Shown one piece after another: positions 40,456 to 52,735 of a stretch of 64,000 nucleotides of DNA. The stretch lies in the NCBI RefSeq assembly GCF_006345805.1, contig NC_042999.1:154628001-154692000 (forward strand), written 5' to 3'. The translations under genes were made by a program, and so were the position numbers. The DNA is from Octopus sinensis. Its lineage: Eukaryota. Numbering within the stretch: the stretch's first letter is position 1; every line of letters begins with the position of its first letter. The notes under the pieces are model-generated. The model searched no databases. It saw only the letters and a program-made list of their open reading frames with translations, and had not been told where the DNA came from.

Positions 40456-40457
<2 letters not shown>

Positions 40458-40863
40458 GAAAACTCACAGCTTATTTTGCTGGGTATGGTGGAAAGTGTCA
40501 GCTGTCCACAACCAGCAGAGTAAGGTGACACTTGTTTACTGGTCATGCTTCAGGAGCCCTGCCAAGAATTCTTACAGTTCCAAGCAATGCTGATTGTTGT
40601 AGGTGTTCTACCTTCACACTTGCACCAATCTTTTTTAGCCATATTGGTAGTTGAGTGTTGATACTTCCAAGTGCACCAATTACTATTAGTATCACATCTA
40701 CTCTCTTCATTGACCACAACCTTCGTATTTCCCATTTCAAATCGCCGTAGTTGTTTATTTTTTCCCTCTTCTTTCACATTGATCCTGTTGTCGATAATCG
40801 TACATGTTCTTTCTTTATTATTCGCCACAACAATGTCCGGTTTCCTGTCTGGTCAACAGATCG
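40456..40863 (-). pseudogene. RLE-clade LINE 3' fragment embedded in (ATT)n on both sides
   Basis: KKEHVRLS...KWEIRRLWSMKRVDVILIVIGALGSINTQL...LQQSALLGTVRILGRAPEA*; (ATT)n at 40414-40455 and 40873-40930. Confidence 0.85.
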
Positions 40864-40879
40864 CACTGGATCATTATTA

Positions 40880-40931
<52 letters not shown>

Positions 40932-41073
40932 AACGTTTGCTCCTTAACCACAAGGTTCCAGTTTCAGTCCCACTGCGTGACATCTTAGGTATGTACAGTA
41001 ACTCCTACTAATAAGCTCAGGCTGACCAAATCCTTGTGAGTGGATTTGGTAGACGAAAACTGAAAGAAGCGCA

Positions 41074-41138
<65 letters not shown>

Positions 41139-41371
41139 CGTAAGTCCATAACTCAGAAAAAAGACGCACTCGTATATCTGACAATAGAGTGGGTATATTA
41201 TCTGAAGTGTTTAGTATTATATCAGGTCATCCCATAAGTTCTGTCCGATTTTACTGGGCCATTGCGCCTCCACACAAAATAATACACAGCCGCGGTCATA
41301 CAGGAATTGGCATCGTGTGGCGCATACGCCACGGAAACCAAAACAAAGCGACCGTGCGGCGAAATTCAAAG

Positions 41372-41430
41372 CTAGCCGGATTTCTGGTGATTCCGGATTT
41401 TTGGATTCCGGATAAGAGGTTCGGTACCTG
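41372..41430 (-). mobile_element. pogo/Tigger-like terminus
   Basis: Minus strand TA|CAGGTACCGAACCTCTTATCCGGAATCCAAAAATCCGGAATC with repeated ATCCGG submotifs. Confidence 0.45.
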
Positions 41431-42007
41431 TACTGACACAGTTTTACACTCAACAATGAATTCTAGGTATATCTAAATGTAATCTTTAGTTCTACAAATT
41501 AGTAGTTTTTTAACTAGATGTCTGTTCTGATTTATCTGGTATTTACAGATAATTATACGTAATTGATGATTTCATTCTAAAACAGTAAATTGCTTTGAAG
41601 TCTGCAAAAAAAAAACATCGACTAACTAAAAGTCAGTTGAAGACGAATTCACACGATCAATCATCAATGAACTTAGCTGACCAAAACATATAAAATTCAA
41701 AAACTACACCGTTTTCGTTGCGTCTTGCAACATTTCAATAGTCTTGACAATTGAAAAGGTTGCAAGACGCAACGAAAATTTTAGGAAAATAAAAATAAGA
41801 AATAAGTGGAAATTTTACCGGTGAGTGTGTTACATTATAAGGCACAAAAAGAAAATAACTCTCCCCAGGCACAACAGAATATGCTTCAACACACGAACTC
41901 TTATAAAGAATCTTGCAAACCAAATCCAAAAACGAAATACACCGTTTCTATTCGATCGACTTCCATAATGAGAACCGATATAGGACTGTCATAATCATTT
42001 GTCTATC

Positions 42008-43263
42008 GTGGCACTCCGTCGGTTGCGATGATGAGGGTTCCAGTTGAACCTGTAGGGATCTAGCTTGCCCCTGCCTGAGATTTGAAACCAAATCCACTCG
42101 CTTGTTGCTTGTCCGTCAGCTGATGCACTTTCACCACGCTTCTTAATGGAGTGATAACCTCTTCGCTCCTTAAATCTCATGAACCATCCTTGCCCAGCAC
42201 AGGTCCTAGGGGGTCGAAGGTTTCCTCATCAGTCATCTGGTGAGGAGAGGATTTCCCGCTCGTTTCAAGCAGGTGGGTTTGGTTTCAAACGGAGGAGTAG
42301 TGTAGGGGTTTAGCTTGACCATGCCTTCGATTTTAAATCAAATCCACCCGCTTGTTGCTTGTCAAAACGAACAGGAAATCCTCTCCACACTAGATGATTG
42401 ATGAGGAAACGCTCGAACCCCTAGGACCTGTGCTGGTCAAGGAAAGGTCAGTCCTTTGTCTAGGGTTTGAACTACATTACTGACCATAGTCTATATAACA
42501 GAGAACCTCCTATCTCTTCCTCTTTTGTGTCATTCAGACCAAGGAGCAACACGCTCTTTTGCGTCACCATGACCAACAGCAGCACTTTGCTCGGCCGCAA
42601 GAAAAATTATGCCACTTCTATCCTTTCTTCCTTTCTAATCAGCACCGTACATTCCTTACTCTTTCACTCTCTACTGACAGACAACCTTTTTCTACACTAT
42701 CAACTACTAACCAGCGAGCCAACCTTGTTGTCACTATCACTAGAATTGCTACTATCTCTTTAACTACATGTCGGGCAAACGAATAAACATATGTAAATAT
42801 TTCTTCCTTCTTGGTGTTGATTCTTCGATGTTTACTGGCACTGCGATGCGAGAACCTTGAAGCGTTACATATACGCGCTACATTCAGTAGTGGGCTACAC
42901 CATATCGACCTGATATCACATCTTTCATCTAGCCCACTACAATCCGATCGACGGAACAGCCTGTTCGTGAAATTAACGTGCAAGTGGCTAAGCACACCTC
43001 ATACACGTGTACCCTTAATGTAGTTCTCAGGGAGATTCAGCGTAAGACAGAGTGTGACAAGGTTGGCCCTTTGAAATACAGGCACAACAGAAACGGGAAG
43101 AAAGAGTGAGAGAAAGTTGTGGTGAAAGAGTACAGGAGGGTTTGCCACTACCCTCTGCCGGAGCCTCGTGGAGCTTTAGGTGTTTTCGCTCAATAAACAC
43201 AACGCCTGGTCTAGGAATCGAAGCCGTGAGTCCGCTGCCCTAACCACTGGGCCACTGTGCCTT
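42008..43263 (-). mobile_element. Family 2 SINE split by an LTR-like insertion (tail 42008-42050, body/head 42942-43263)
   Basis: The two parts rejoin to gagggttccagttga(a/t)ccgatcgacggaacagcc, matching intact copies such as 53356-53745. Confidence 0.75.
42051..42941. mobile_element. Solo-LTR-like insertion (TGTAG...CTACA, 4-bp TSD) containing an internal foldback at 42188-42442
   Basis: TSD aacc/atcc, where the host SINE has atcc; 5-bp terminal inverted repeat. Confidence 0.6.
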
Positions 43264-43440
43264 CACATAATTATTTGTTATGCAGGTACAAAGCTACTAA
43301 TTTAAGGTTAAATAAATAATCGACTGAATTGATTATAGTATTTGATTAGTGCATATTTTATTGGTTTTGTAAAAGTTGAAAGGCAGTGTCGACCTCGCTG
43401 TATGAAGTCGATCTGTGACGTGCAGTATGGTTTGTACATA

Positions 43441-43581
43441 TACTAGCGTAGCTAGGGGTGGTGGCCGTAGGGGCGGTCCACCCGTACGGCACTTTTGGGT
43501 TTGTTGTAGGCAATATGTGGGGTCCTGAGGCTGCAAACGGAAGGGCCGCCCCGGGCGGTACACACTCTAGCAACGCTAGTG
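43441..43581. mobile_element. 141-bp GC-rich hAT MITE
   Basis: TIR (t)actagcgtagctag / ctagcaacgctagtg; perfect 8-bp TSD tgtacata at 43433-43440 and 43582-43589. Confidence 0.85.
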
Positions 43582-43640
43582 TGTACATATATTCAGTTTA
43601 AGTGACAATGTAGGAAATTTCATCGATCGTCCATCTAGAC

Positions 43641-44278
43641 TAGCGGTTCTTAACCACGGCCCATATGGCCCTTGGAGATCCATGTAAGATTTTATGTTAA
43701 ACTTTATGTCATGATTTATGTGGTTATATTTCTTCAGTACACAAAATATTCTAACAGTCTTTTAATACAATTTCAAATATTATTCAATAATAAAAATATA
43801 GGATTGCCAGCAGTATCGCCCGGCGTTGCTCGGGTTTGTTTCGACCCTTTAGAATTGGAATTTTTGAAAAGTAAAAATTTTGCATTATGTAGCTTGTTAT
43901 TCACTTTAAGTGAACATTTTTCTGGTTGAAATACACCGAAAAATGGCGACACAGAAGTCAAAAATCGTAAAAAATAGGTATTTTCATAGAAAAAAAAGCA
44001 CCTTTTTGATGTAAATAATATTTGGTGTTAAAATGGTCCGATATGAATTTTTTTCTTCTACGAAAGGAAGAGCAAGCCTTCTTCTATCATACTCTCAATT
44101 TTGGTCAACTTGCGCCGCAGGATCTTGGATGAGAAAGTGTTAGTTGAAGGCTACCAAACCTGCCATACACAGACAACTTCAGCTTTATATATAGAGAGAT
44201 TTTAAACATCGAATGGCTATGATGGTCCAGCCGAGGAAAGAAAAGGGTCCGTGGGTAAAAACTGGATGAGAAACACTG
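43641..44278. mobile_element. hAT-Charlie-type MITE with a nested Helitron
   Basis: Ends tagcggttcttaacc / ggatgagaaacactg; flanks atctagac / atccagtg. Confidence 0.65.
43807..44199 (-). mobile_element. Non-autonomous Helitron-like element, subtype B (3' CTAG mutated)
   Basis: Reverse complement of 21477-21872. Confidence 0.85.
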
Positions 44279-45024
44279 ATCCAGTGTTATAATCGATTTC
44301 ATCGATCGCAGTGCTTGGTTGGTCGTTATTTATCAACCCAGCAACTATGAAAGGCAAAGTTGACCCCGTTGTGGTTTTCACTCAGAATGTAAAGTAACGC
44401 AAATGTCGTTCACCGGTGGCTATTCGTCCTTGAGAAATTCGATTAAAGTAATGTCGTTGCCGTTGATATCAGTAATGTATTTGGACCGGTCTGGTCCGAG
44501 AAGCTCCATATTTAGAAGGCGGCGAGCTGGCAGACTCGTTAGCACGCCGGGCGAAATGCGTAGCCGTATTTCGTCTGCTGTTACGTTCTGAGTACAAATT
44601 CCGCCGAGGTCGACTTTGCCTTTCATCCATTCGGGGTCGATAAATTAAGTACCAGTTACGCCCTGGGGTCGATGTAATCGACATAATCCGTTTGTCCCCT
44701 CTGTGTTTAGCCCCTTGTGGGCAGTAGTGAAATACATATTTAGAAGTTCCATAAATCTTGTGTATCTTGATTCAAGAAGTCTCTGTCGGAACGCAACACC
44801 ATGGAGGGCGCTGATAAGACTTTCCCTAATCCTTATTCTATTGTTTCGCCTCATTCATTATCCTCCCTTAACCATTCGTACACAGACGTTATCTACCTAC
44901 ACCCTGGACACCACACACAAAACCTGAACTGCCACAATGAATTGAAACCTCCGATAAGAGACATAATAACTTAGTAATGTTATCAGTCCGAATATGCTTG
45001 ATGCGAGTTCGAACTGAGGACAAG

Positions 45025-45460
45025 CGGATCTTTTCGGTTTGAAAGGCAGTTTTTTAAAATAATTTCCACGTAACTAAACACTTTTAAACTTCGTATACTG
45101 GTAGAATGTGTTTATAAAACATCTTTTTCTCTTGGCTTTATTGACAAAAATTCTATAGTTTGTAAGATATTTGTTGTTTTTTCTTCAATTTCTGCAATTT
45201 CAACCAATCAATGACGTCTATTGAGGTGAAAACATTCTGTGCCGTATGAATATGTCCCTCGTTTAAGAAACAGATTGGGTTTATTTACATTTGTGAAGAA
45301 AAAAAGATACCCTTCCCCCACCCATAACCCTAACCCTAACTCTAACCCTAACACTAAAACAGATTGAAATGCAATAGATCGATACTAGGGTCACAATTAT
45401 GGGTGACAATTTCATATGACACCGCTAGAAAAAAACTGCCGTTCAAACCGAAAAGATCCG
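45025..45460. mobile_element. Unclassified MITE: ~30-bp TIR starting CGG, apparent 6-bp TSD, internal (TAACCC)n
   Basis: cggatcttttcggtttgaaaggcagttttt / aaaaactgccgttcaaaccgaaaagatccg; flanks gacaag / aacaag; empty paralogous site at ~45790. Confidence 0.85.
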
Positions 45461-47479
45461 AACAAGCTACTCACTGCGTCTTGTCACAGAGAATATATGT
45501 TGCTTGATGACAAATAGTGTGTATACAGCTAAATCAGTTCGCAGCGCCATCTACATACACTGTGAGATGTTAACATTTCGGAGTAGTTGTCTCCTCGTTG
45601 GTCACAGACACTAAGCAGACGACACTACGAGCTGAACTAAGAGTTAACCTTTCTTATGCTTTTCCAGTCACTGTGTGCTGACTGGCAGCGCTATAGGGCG
45701 GTTCACCGGAGTGGGAGCGCTAAGCAGTGATAAGGGAAATTGCAATGTTATTATCAGTCCAAATATGTTTGAGGCACGTTCGAACTAAGGAACAAACTAC
45801 TCTCTATGTTTTGTCACAGAGAATATATGTCGCTTGTTGACAAATGGTGCGTATACAGCTAAGTGGAGGCGCAATGGCCCAGTGGTTAGGGCAGCGGACT
45901 CGCGGTCATAGGATCGCGGTTTCGATTCCCAGACCGGGCGTTGTGAGTAGACACTGGAGGTCGAAGTAATCGACATAAATCCACCCCCTCTCCCGAAATT
46001 GCTGGCCTTGTGCCAAAATATGATACCAATACTTATTGATTTATGAAACGCCAAAGAAGCCTCTACGCAGGCTTAGCTTCTAGAAATAGAAGCTAATTCC
46101 CCCGCAATACAGTCTTGGAAACAAAAGAGAGCACGTTCGATTATGCAGGACTGTGATAATTGTACATAGAGTAAAAGACAAATGGGCATGGCTGGAATCG
46201 AGATTGACTCGAGACTGTAGAGGGTGGTGGTGGATAAACAACAACTGCAACAGTAGGAGTGGCTGTGTGGTAAGTAGCTTGCTTACGAACCACATGGTTC
46301 CGGGTTCAGTCCCACTGCGTGGCACCTTGGGCAAGTGTCTTCTACTATAGCTTTCAACTGACCAAAGCCTTGTGAGTGGATTTGGTAGACGGAAACTGAA
46401 AGAAGAACCCGTCGCGCGCGCGCGCGCGCGTGTGTGTGTTTGTGTGTGTTTGCCCCCACCCCCAACATCGCTTGACAACCGATGCTAGTGTGTTTTCGTC
46501 CCCGTAACTTAGCGGTTCGGCAAAAGAGACCGATGGAATAAGTACTAGGCTTACAAAGAATAAGTCCTGAGGTCGATTTGCTCGACTAAAGGCGGTGCTC
46601 CAGCATGGCCACAGTCACATGAGTGAAACAAGTAAAAGAGTAAAAGAGTAGAGTAATTTTGAAATATAAGCTACATGAAATATTTTATAATCTAAGGGAA
46701 GTAACTCTCGTAGAAGTATAAATTGATGGCTATCAACACTAGAAGTCGTCGCAAACATCAGAAGAGCTTTCTTTTGGTGTATTTTACGACGTTTTTGTAT
46801 GTCGCGGCAACACTTTCTCCATACGTAGATGTAGTACATGAATATGGCGCCCGCTTGAGCTTTGTAGCGGACCGGTAACTGGTTACAGCTGAAGTGGTTC
46901 CTGGTTCTAAACAATCAAGACAGTTTTTGTCAATGATATATGTATTTTTCTTGTACTCTTGCTTTTACTATCTTCAGTTCGAGAGCTGCGGCCATGTTGG
47001 GGCACCGCCGTTTAGCCTTGCTACACTTTTACTACTTTAAACAGTCTCTAATATGCGGCGTTTGGTGAATGAGGGAGTTTGATGTCGCTTCCCTCGTCTG
47101 CGCTTCCTGCTTCGAGGGAAGTTCATCCGGAGCTCTTCACTAAAGATGATCCTGTTTTCTTTTGAAGACACTTACGTCGGTGCCGTTCAAGAATTTAGAC
47201 CTGGAGATCTCCATTTCCAGCGACTTCGAGGGCCACCTCCCAGTGGTGTCGGGCGTCAACGAAGAGCCCTCGACTACAACAAGACGACCAAAGTTTTTTT
47301 TTTCCCCCAAGGTCTAGGGTCTCCCGCCCGTAAGCCCTAGACCATCATCTAATCACCCGTTACCCGTCTTGTTGCTTAACAACAACAACAACAACAACAA
47401 AACAACAGCTCATGTCGGTATTTCGTGCTCTTTGGGAGGATATTGAAGAGCTGTAGGCTCTTGAAACCAAGCTGTTGCA

Positions 47480-47990
47480 GTATCTAGTCATGTATTCTGA
47501 TGGCAATGTTGGCAATGTTAGCAATGCAATGGCACCCTGCTCTATTGTTTACGTAACTTTCAATACCAAAGTTTGGTACAAATGCTTCCAGGATTTTCCA
47601 AATGTGTATCATTACATATCTTTTCCTCCTTCGTTCTAGGGAGTAGGGTCTGAACTTTATCAGCCTCTTCCAGTAGCTAATATGTGGCATTGAGAAAATC
47701 TTCTTTGTTTAGTTTCGCTGGATTGCTTTGAGTTCCGCTGTTAATTTTACACTATGCGGTGACCATAGTTGAAAGAAGTAGTCTAAATGGCTGAAGACAA
47801 ATGTCCTCCAGAGGACCATCAAGTTTTATTGTTCTCCCGTTCTGAAAGTTCCATGTGGCCAGGTGCCTGCATTTTATTGCCTACTCAGTGATATGTTCCT
47901 GGAAATATGGCCCGTTGCTTATGTCAATGCCTAGGGCTTGCAGGGATTTTGATTCAGGGATTGCAATCTCTCTGTATATGTATGTGTAGA
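47480..47990 (-). pseudogene. CR1-group LINE RT C-terminal fragment
   Basis: SYWKRLIKFRPYSLERRRKRYVMIHIWKILEAFVPN. Confidence 0.8.
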
Positions 47991-48149
47991 TAGATAGAGA
48001 GAGATATATATAGAGAGAGATTGACAGACAGACATACACCCAGGTAGGTAGGTAGGTAGGTAGGTAGGTAGGTAGGTAGGTAGGTAGATACATACATACA
48101 TACATGTTTACGTCTTAAGTTTTAAATGAATTTTAAATATATATATATA

Positions 48150-48730
48150 TATATGTTAATAAAATAGAACATATGCATATATATAAACATATATGTACGT
48201 ACCTACCTCTACATGTACATATACACGCATATATGTGTACAGGACACCAAAAAGACGTCGAACACATAGAGAGACGAAACACATAGACACAAACCAAGGA
48301 ACAAGACAAGCAAAAAAAAGAGAGAGTACAGGACAATAAGCACAACGAAAAAACCCCTTCTTCAGTCGCTAAGATTTCATCTACTAAACGTTTCGAAGGA
48401 TAAAAGCGAGACGTATACTTCGAAGAAAAATTCCTTCCCGCGAAAAGCAAATCAATTAAAATTCTGAGATCTTTTCGCAGAGGGTAAAAAAAAGCAAGAC
48501 GGTAACGACAGTACAAACATATAAACAGTAAAAAAATATATATATAAACAGTGGAAAAATAAATATATAACAGTGAGAGACAGGACAAGGAGAACAAGAT
48601 AAGAAGGGCTGTTAACGCCAGACGAAAAAAGTATTGCAAACGCTGGATTATCGTGGACGACGAGAGAGAGCAAATGTAGTCGACCAGTAGCCTTACAAGG
48701 CGGGCGAGAAAAGACAGGATAGCAGTTACG
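48150..48730 (-). mobile_element. (TA)n-embedded unclassified repeat related to 2660-3230
   Basis: Shared motifs; permuted hammerhead-like motif at 48354-48399. Confidence 0.4.
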
Positions 48731-48731
48731 A

Positions 48732-48749
48732 CATATATATATATATATA

Positions 48750-48837
<88 letters not shown>

Positions 48838-48939
48838 GCATATATATATATATGCATATATATATATATATATATATATGCATATAATATGCATATATAT
48901 ATATATGCATATATATATGCATATATATATATATATATG

Positions 48940-49008
<69 letters not shown>

Positions 49009-49040
49009 TATATATATATATATATATATGCATATATATA

Positions 49041-49084
<44 letters not shown>

Positions 49085-49094
49085 TATATATATA
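48732..49094. repeat. Long (TA)n tract punctuated by GC and AAT
   Basis: Direct reading. Confidence 0.95.
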
Positions 49095-49239
49095 TCGACC
49101 AGACTAGCGGATGTGGTTATGTATCGCTAGTCACAATGCGCTTCATCTCGATGTTGTAGGTTTTGAATGATGCCACCCCGCTATATGTAAAGATCAACGA
49201 GTGTTGTGAAGCCTAACATTTGTGGATGGTTTTAATTAT

Positions 49240-49600
49240 GTTTTTTTCGTGTACAAGGCTGATATGTTATAAGAATGTTTTCCCTCAGTAACGACTGTGG
49301 TTTTCAATTCTGTTCAATGAGAGAGGTGGTCATGTTCTGATTCAAAATAATCTGTTCACAGAGACAACGAATGTTACCAGAGATATCTAGGTTGCGGTCA
49401 AAGGACGTTTGGTTTCATTTATTGACCTGAATGCCTCAAATGTTGAGAATACAAAGTGTGGGAATTTGAAGAGAAATCTTAGCTCACAAAACAACAGATT
49501 CCGCGTGTTTCACAGAATTGTTTGACGAGAACATTCTGATCGAAAGATGAGAAATGTTCGGGCCATTAGGTGGTTAAAATCGTCAGACGGTTCCCATACC
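49240..49600 (-). pseudogene. Possible highly decayed Penelope-like RT fragment
   Basis: Minus-strand fragments such as *DFSSNSHTLYSQH weakly resemble the PLE RT motif FDFxxLYTxIPH. Confidence 0.25.
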
Positions 49601-49782
49601 AGGTTAAAGAGGTGTGTGTATATTATATATGTATATTGTATATGTCTGCATGTGTGTGTACATATAGATGCAGATTCTCACACTTGTACACACATGCATA
49701 CATTCCTTAATCTGGCATGAGAACCTTCTAGCGGCATCGAGTACTATGTGTGTGTGTGTGTGTAGATATATATATATATATA

Positions 49783-49824
<42 letters not shown>

Positions 49825-49907
49825 GGAGTAAACACATAAATGTGAAACAAGGTGGAAAAAAGAGTACTCAAATACCAGTGGTAGAGTAATATGCTTTATT
49901 AAAGCAA

Positions 49908-49939
<32 letters not shown>

Positions 49940-50230
49940 TGATGGATAGATATAGATATATATATATATGTATGTACGTATATTCTGTTGTTTGTTTCTT
50001 ATTTCAGTCATTAGATTCAGGCCATGCTAGAGCAGCGCCTTAACGAATTTTAGTCGGACAAATCGACCCCAGTACTTATTTTTTGTAATCGTAGTACTTA
50101 TTCTGTTTGTGTCTTTTGATGAACTGCGAAGTTACGGGGATGTAGACACACCAGCGTCAGTTGTCAAGTAATGGTGGGGGGGGGCACAAACACATGCAAA
50201 CACAGACATAGATGTATATACATACATACG

Positions 50231-50869
50231 TGTCACGAAAGCCATTTACGGGATCGTGCGTATAACCTTCTCTCCTGGCAAGCAGTTATTTGTATGTCAT
50301 CAGAATTCATTTCACCAGTTGCCAGTGCCATCTCAGTAATATTTGGATGACATGACGACAAATCATTAATCATTGTCGTTCCCAATCTCTCACGAATTAA
50401 CCAGAATTTTCTGATGAGGATAACATATAATTTCACATCTCTTCTCTGCTGGAGCTGAAACTCACACGACTCTCTTGGAAAGTATGTCTAGAGAGAGCCT
50501 TCCCCTCCATTGGTCAATTCAAGCTTAGGTTTTGTCACGTGACAGTCAACTGGCACTGGCTGCTGGAACCTATTGGCGAGTATTTAAAGGGAAATTTGGC
50601 AGGGTGGTCATTCGCATGCTGACATTCGTTGACGCTGCATCGAAGAAAGCAAAGAACAAAAGGCCAAAGGAAAAGAATAAGAAAAAACGCACTCAACACC
50701 AGAGCTAAAGATAACTCAGAAAGGGGGCGCCCCACCACGTCAAAAACGGTAGAGGAGTAGGGGCCGAAACCGGACGTGGTTCCTCCTGATCATGTCCTTA
50801 GCCACTGGATCCTATAAAGGAGCTGCTGAGGAAACGAACCATGGAAGTGGTTGGAATTCCTCCACACAC
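50231..50869 (+). mobile_element. Probable Gypsy-type LTR remnant with a promoter cassette
   Basis: Starts TGTCACG; ATTGG at 50509 and 50572; 12-bp palindrome TGTCACGTGACA at 50533-50544; TATTTAAA at 50581. 3' end uncertain. Confidence 0.45.
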
Positions 50870-51038
50870 ATGTGTATGTAATATATGTATGTATGTAATA
50901 TATGTGTGTATGTATATATGTATGTATGTATGTATGTATGTAATATATGCATGTATGTATGTATGTATGTATGTATGTATGTATGTATGTATGTATGTAT
51001 GTATGTATGTATGTATGTGTAATATATGCATGTATGTA

Positions 51039-51070
<32 letters not shown>

Positions 51071-51292
51071 TATGTATGTATGTAATATATGCATGTATGT
51101 ATGTATGTATGTATGTATGTATGTATGTATGTTTGTATGTTGTATGTAATATATGCATGTATGTAATATATGTGTGTATGTATGTATGTATGTATGTATG
51201 TATGTATGTATGTATGAATGCATGCATGTATGTATGTATGAATGCATGCATGCATGCATGTATGTATGTATGCATGTATGTATGTATGTATA
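50870..51292. repeat. Long compound (TATG)n microsatellite with recurring TAATATATGCA interruptions
   Basis: Direct reading. Confidence 0.95.
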
Positions 51293-51726
51293 AACTTCCT
51301 GTTATAGGTGCAAGCGTGGCCGTGTGGTAGGAAGCTTGCTTACCAACCACATGGTACTGAGTACAATCCCACTGCATGGCACCTTGGGCAAGTGTCCTCT
51401 TCTACAGCCCCAGGAGGCTAAAGACTTGAGTGGATTTGATAGACGGAAACTGAAAGAGGCTCGTCGTATGTGCATATGTGTGTGAATGTGTATCTATGTG
51501 TTTGTCCCCCACGCCCCACCTCCACCACTCGACAAGCGGTGTCGATTTATTTACGTCCCCGTAACTTAGCAATTCGGCAAAACGATTCCGATAGAATAAG
51601 TACCAGCGTTTAAAAAGAATTAAGTACTGAGATTAGTTTGCTTTATTACTTGACTAAACCCTTCAAGATGGTACTCCAGCATGGCCGCAGACCAAGGACT
51701 GAAGCAAGTAAAAGAAAGAATAAAAG

Positions 51727-51757
<31 letters not shown>

Positions 51758-52181
51758 GTGTGTCTGTCCCCCCACCCCATCGCTTGACTACCGATGTTGG
51801 TGTGTCTACGTCCCTGTAACTTAGCGGTTCAGCAAAAGAAGCCGATAAAACAAGTACTGGGCTTAGAAGGAAAGTTCCAGGGGTTGATTTGTTCGACTAA
51901 AGGCGGTGCTCCAGCATGAAGCACCACAGTCAAATGACTGAGACATTAGATTCAGGCCATGCTGGAGCAGCGCCTTAACGAATTTTAGTCGGACAAATCG
52001 ACCCCAGTACTTATTTTTTGTAATCGTAGTACTTATTCTGTTGGTGTCTTTTGATGAACCGCTAAGTTACGGGAACGTAGATACACCAGCGTCAGTTGTC
52101 AAGTAATGGTGGGGGCACAAACACATGCAAATACAGACATAGATGAATATACATACATACGTGTCACGAAGGGCATCGTGC

Positions 52182-52221
<40 letters not shown>

Positions 52222-52223
<2 letters not shown>

Positions 52224-52735
52224 AGCAGTATCGCCCGGCGTTGCTCGGGTTTGTAAGGGAAATAACTATATAAGCATTTTTTAGAGAGTTACTTCCCTTA
52301 TAGATGCCATTCGGGCTTTCTTAGCCATTTCTGTTTGGTGTCTTCAAGCCATGAAGTCGTTGTTCTAAAAGAACGCTGGTCTCCTTGACAACGCTTTACG
52401 ACGTTGATTTCCTTACACTCCCTTCCCCACAGCTCACGAGGGAGGGAAGAAGGGGGAGAAGCAAACAGGTGCAGCTGTGAGCGTGGACGCCAACTCCGCC
52501 GCCATCGACACACGATCCATTTTATGCATTAAAATGGAATAAAAAATGATGTTAAATTATTTTTAAAATCGTAGACTCATCGTTGACGCGTGCTAATACC
52601 CAGAAGGGCTCGATATGAATCACGACTATAAGATACCCGAATTTGGTTAAACTGCACCGCAAAATGTGGGAGGAGTTAGGAATCTAAATCGAAGGGGACA
52701 GACACTCACACAACTAGAGTTTTTATATATATAGA
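52222..52735 (-). mobile_element. Helitron-like element, subtype A' (long form), copy 1 of a tandem dimer
   Basis: 3' hairpin+CTAG at 52222-52251; 5' TCTATATATATAAAA at 52735. Confidence 0.88.

Noticed and set aside
42395-42425. Hammerhead-like TTGATGAG-gaaacg-CTC-GAAC in the foldback arms
   Set aside because: Core is mutated in both halves in each arm, and there is no NUH or stem III.
50405-50450. Other CTGATGA hits (50412, 54001, 32741, 30151)
   Set aside because: No correctly placed stem II + GAAA; 54001 lies within RTE coding sequence.
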